Shown here: piece by piece, positions 61,536 to 64,000 of the stretch
How positions within the stretch are numbered: position 1 is the first letter of the stretch
Layout of the letters: each line of letters begins with the position of its first letter
NCBI GenBank assembly: GCA_963828735.1
Contig: CAWHFW010000006.1
Span: 72,403 to 136,402, forward strand
Source: an uncultured Gemmatimonadales bacterium
Lineage (GTDB): Bacteria; Gemmatimonadota; Gemmatimonadetes; Gemmatimonadales; GWC2-71-9
Direction: 5' to 3'
Length of the DNA: 64,000 nucleotides
Position numbers and translations under genes: made by a program
Notes under the pieces: model-generated
What the model saw: the letters and a program-made list of their open reading frames with translations, nothing else
What the model was told of the DNA's origin: nothing
Databases searched by the model: none

Positions 61536-63739
61536 TCACCTCCTGAATGCCCGCATGGCCGTCAGCACGTTCGAGAACTCGTCCGACCAGACGCGGTCGC
61601 CGTCATAGCGTAGAGGCTTCCACCCACCCTTCCCACGCAACTCCCCGAGATTCTCCTCGTGCCTTGTCACGACCGCCCAGACGGAGGCGTCGGTGAGGTA
61701 CTTGTCGGACCCCGCCGAATACCGGATGCGCCCGACTAGCCCCGCGTCCCGCACCAACGACGCCACCACCGGCTCCAGGTCTACATACCGATTGCTCAGA
61801 TGGAAGAGGAGCGCGCCGCCCGGCGCCAGCTTCTTGAGATACAGCTGTAGGGCTTCCCGAGTCAGCAGGTGGACCGGGATGGCGTCCGACGAGAACGCAT
61901 CCAGCACCAGGACATCGAACCTGCCCTGCCGGTCCGCCGAGAGCGACAGCCGCCCGTCGCCGAGCACGACCCGGACCGCACCGGGCGAGTCGGCCAGATA
62001 GGTGAAGTAGCGGGGGTTGCGCGCGATGCGCTCGATCTCGGGATCGAGCTCAAAGAACGTCCACGCCTCGGCCTGGCGGGCATAGGCAGCCATGGCACCC
62101 GTGCCGAGCCCGATTACGCCGACCCGCGCGTGCGGAGGTCGCGGCAACGCGGCGAGCGCGTCCCCCAGGGGTCCGGTGCGCCCATAGTAGCTGAGTGGAT
62201 TGAAGCGCAGGCGCGGATCGAGGCTCTGCGCGCCGTGCTTCGTGCTGCCGTTGAGCAGGACGTGCGTCCTTTCCCTGGAGTTGAAGATGACCTTGCGGAC
62301 ACCGAAGAAGTCCCGGTCCCGAAGGAGGAGACCATGCTCCGACGCGTCCGCGACGTACCCGAGTGCCACGATCATCATGAGCCCGCCGCTGAGGGCCAGT
62401 GGCCGCTGCCGCTGGCGATAGACCGCCAGCGCCGCGACACACGAGGCCAGCGTGGCGATGGCGATGACGAGCGCAGGCGGAGCTGCCTCCTGGTAGCCCA
62501 GACGTTCGACGATCAGCCGCCCCGCCATCAACGTCAGCAGGCTCAGCGCCAGCTCGCCGCCACGTCGCGCGAGGTCGCCCTTGCGCCGGTCCTGGCGCCA
62601 GCCGCAGGCCACGGCCAGCACGAGCGGGTACTCTAGGATCGACTCGAACAGATTTGGGGCGATGAGGACGTTGAAGACACCGCCCAGCATCCCGCCGATC
62701 GCGATCCAGAGATAGAACTCGGTGACGTGTCTGGCGGCGGGCCGGCTGGACGCCAGGATGCCATGGCACATGAGCGCCGAGGCGAAGAAGACGAGAAGGT
62801 GAAACGGCAGCCACGCGGTAATCGCCAGCGATGGTCCCCAGAACAGGAAGACGATCAGCGGCACGGCCAGTAGCGGCTGCCAGCGAACCGCGAACGACTG
62901 GGGCACGACCGGCGGCTGTACGAAGGCGAAGATGAAGGTGACGAGGTAGACCGCGAGGGGCACCACCCAGAGCAGAGGGATCGCGGCGATGTCGGTAGTC
63001 AGGTATGTGGTCAAACCGATGAGCAGGCTCGAGGGAACCGCGCTGAAAAGGACCCAACGCACTCGATCGCTCCAGCTCGGCTGCTCGGGAACCGTCTCGG
63101 CCGACCGCTCACCTTCCGGACGGCCATGCGACGGATTGGGGAGGCGGTCGCTTCTTCTCGCGACAATCGCGCAGACGATCGTGAGCAGTGCGAGGACGCA
63201 GAAGCCCACGCTCCAAGCGACCGCTTGCGAGTGCAGGCCGAGCTGCGGCTCCACGAGGCTGGGGTAAGCGAGCAGGCCTCCCAGGCTCCCGGCGTTGCTC
63301 GCCGCATAGAGAAAGTAGGGGTCACGAGCCCGCTGGTACCGCGTTTGAGTGAACCAGCCCTGCAGCAGCGGGCCGGTCGCCGCCAGGACCACGAACGGCA
63401 GGCCGACCGAAACACCGAGGGTCATGATCAGCCAGGGCACCGGGTGGTGCGGGTTGGGCGACCCCACAGTCGCGGGGAGGTGCAGCGGCAGCAGCAGGAG
63501 CGAGACGATGGCCAGTATGAGGTGCAGAAACGCCTGACGACGCTCCCCACCATGCGGCGCCCCAGGTGGGCCCAGGCATAGCCCGCCAACAGCGCCGTCT
63601 GAAAGAAGAGGAGGCAGGTGTTCCAGACAGCGGGGCTCCCGCCCAGCACCGGCAACACGAGCTTCCCGACGAAGGGCTCGACCGCAAAGAGGAGGAAGGC
63701 ACTCAGGAACAATGTGCCCCCGAAGAGCACGGCACTCAC
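61536..63739 (-). CDS. Membrane protein fused to a spermidine-synthase-like SAM domain, frameshift near 63500
   Basis: FLLF.VEP..GK..LP..GGSP.VW, PY.LYA.SN.GS, VIGLGTG, GDGRL, LDAFSSDAIPVHLLT. Confidence 0.85.
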
Positions 63740-63748
63740 GCGCGGCGC

Positions 63749-64000
63749 CTATCGGACGTGGGTTAAGCGGTGCGGCGTGACATAGGGCGAGCAGTACGTA
63801 CGATCCTCCAGGGGCGGCAGGTCGGCGCGGAAGGCGGTCCGCAGTACAAACCGGATCGCATCGACGGGGGTGACGGTTTCCGGCAAGTCGCCCGGATCGG
63901 CTCCGGGTCCCCTGTACGCGGCGAGGACCGGCATGCGGTTGGCTACCTGCGCCGCGCTCATTTGCTCAGAGTCGAAAAGCTGCCTGCCGCCGAGACGCGA
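63749..64000 (-). CDS. 3' end of a gene running off the window, possibly sulfatase-like
   Basis: RMPVLAAY...TPVD..R......LP.LEDR.Y tail; family assignment weak. Confidence 0.35.
   Translation of the reverse strand, partial: SRLGGRQLFDSEQMSAAQVANRMPVLAAYRGPGADPGDLPETVTPVDAIRFVLRTAFRADLPPLEDRTYCSPYVTPHRLTHVR

Noticed and set aside
1..64000. CRISPR arrays, tRNA/rRNA, transposases, integrases, defence systems
   Set aside because: None recognised by eye; a covariance-model search was not possible

Overview
High-GC bacterial chromosomal segment; the gene repertoire and protein styles suggest Gemmatimonadota (inference only). 1-22.5 kb is mostly housekeeping: dacB, sixA, ferredoxin-NADP reductase, cobalamin adenosyltransferase, aroB, an RpoS/RpoD-like sigma factor, glcDEF, ygfZ, an AAA ATPase/VWA pair and an MFS transporter. 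22.7-28.1 kb is a metal/metalloid block: a Met-rich lipoprotein behind a Cys/Pro leader-like ORF, divergent from an arsR-arsM-arsN2-arsC-phosphoesterase-aquaporin operon. 31-44.5 kb holds UDP-glucuronate decarboxylase and a Tad/Flp pilus operon extended by DUF192, a second ATPase and a repeat protein. 45-64 kb is a glycosylation island with six GT-C-like membrane proteins, three GT2s, three SAM methyltransferases and a spermidine-synthase-like membrane protein. Many genes carry small indel frameshifts, most likely sequencing error. Best leads: (1) a 27-aa, 9-Cys metallothionein-like gene missed by the ORF track, with its own promoter, RBS and terminator (3010-3208); (2) a candidate sigma54-coordinated Tad pilus plus xylose/GT-C glycosylation system; (3) a CruR/CutF-like leader ORF upstream of a duplicated Met/His-rich lipoprotein; (4) an orphan copy of the TadG C-terminus. 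No rRNA, tRNA, CRISPR array or transposase was recognised.
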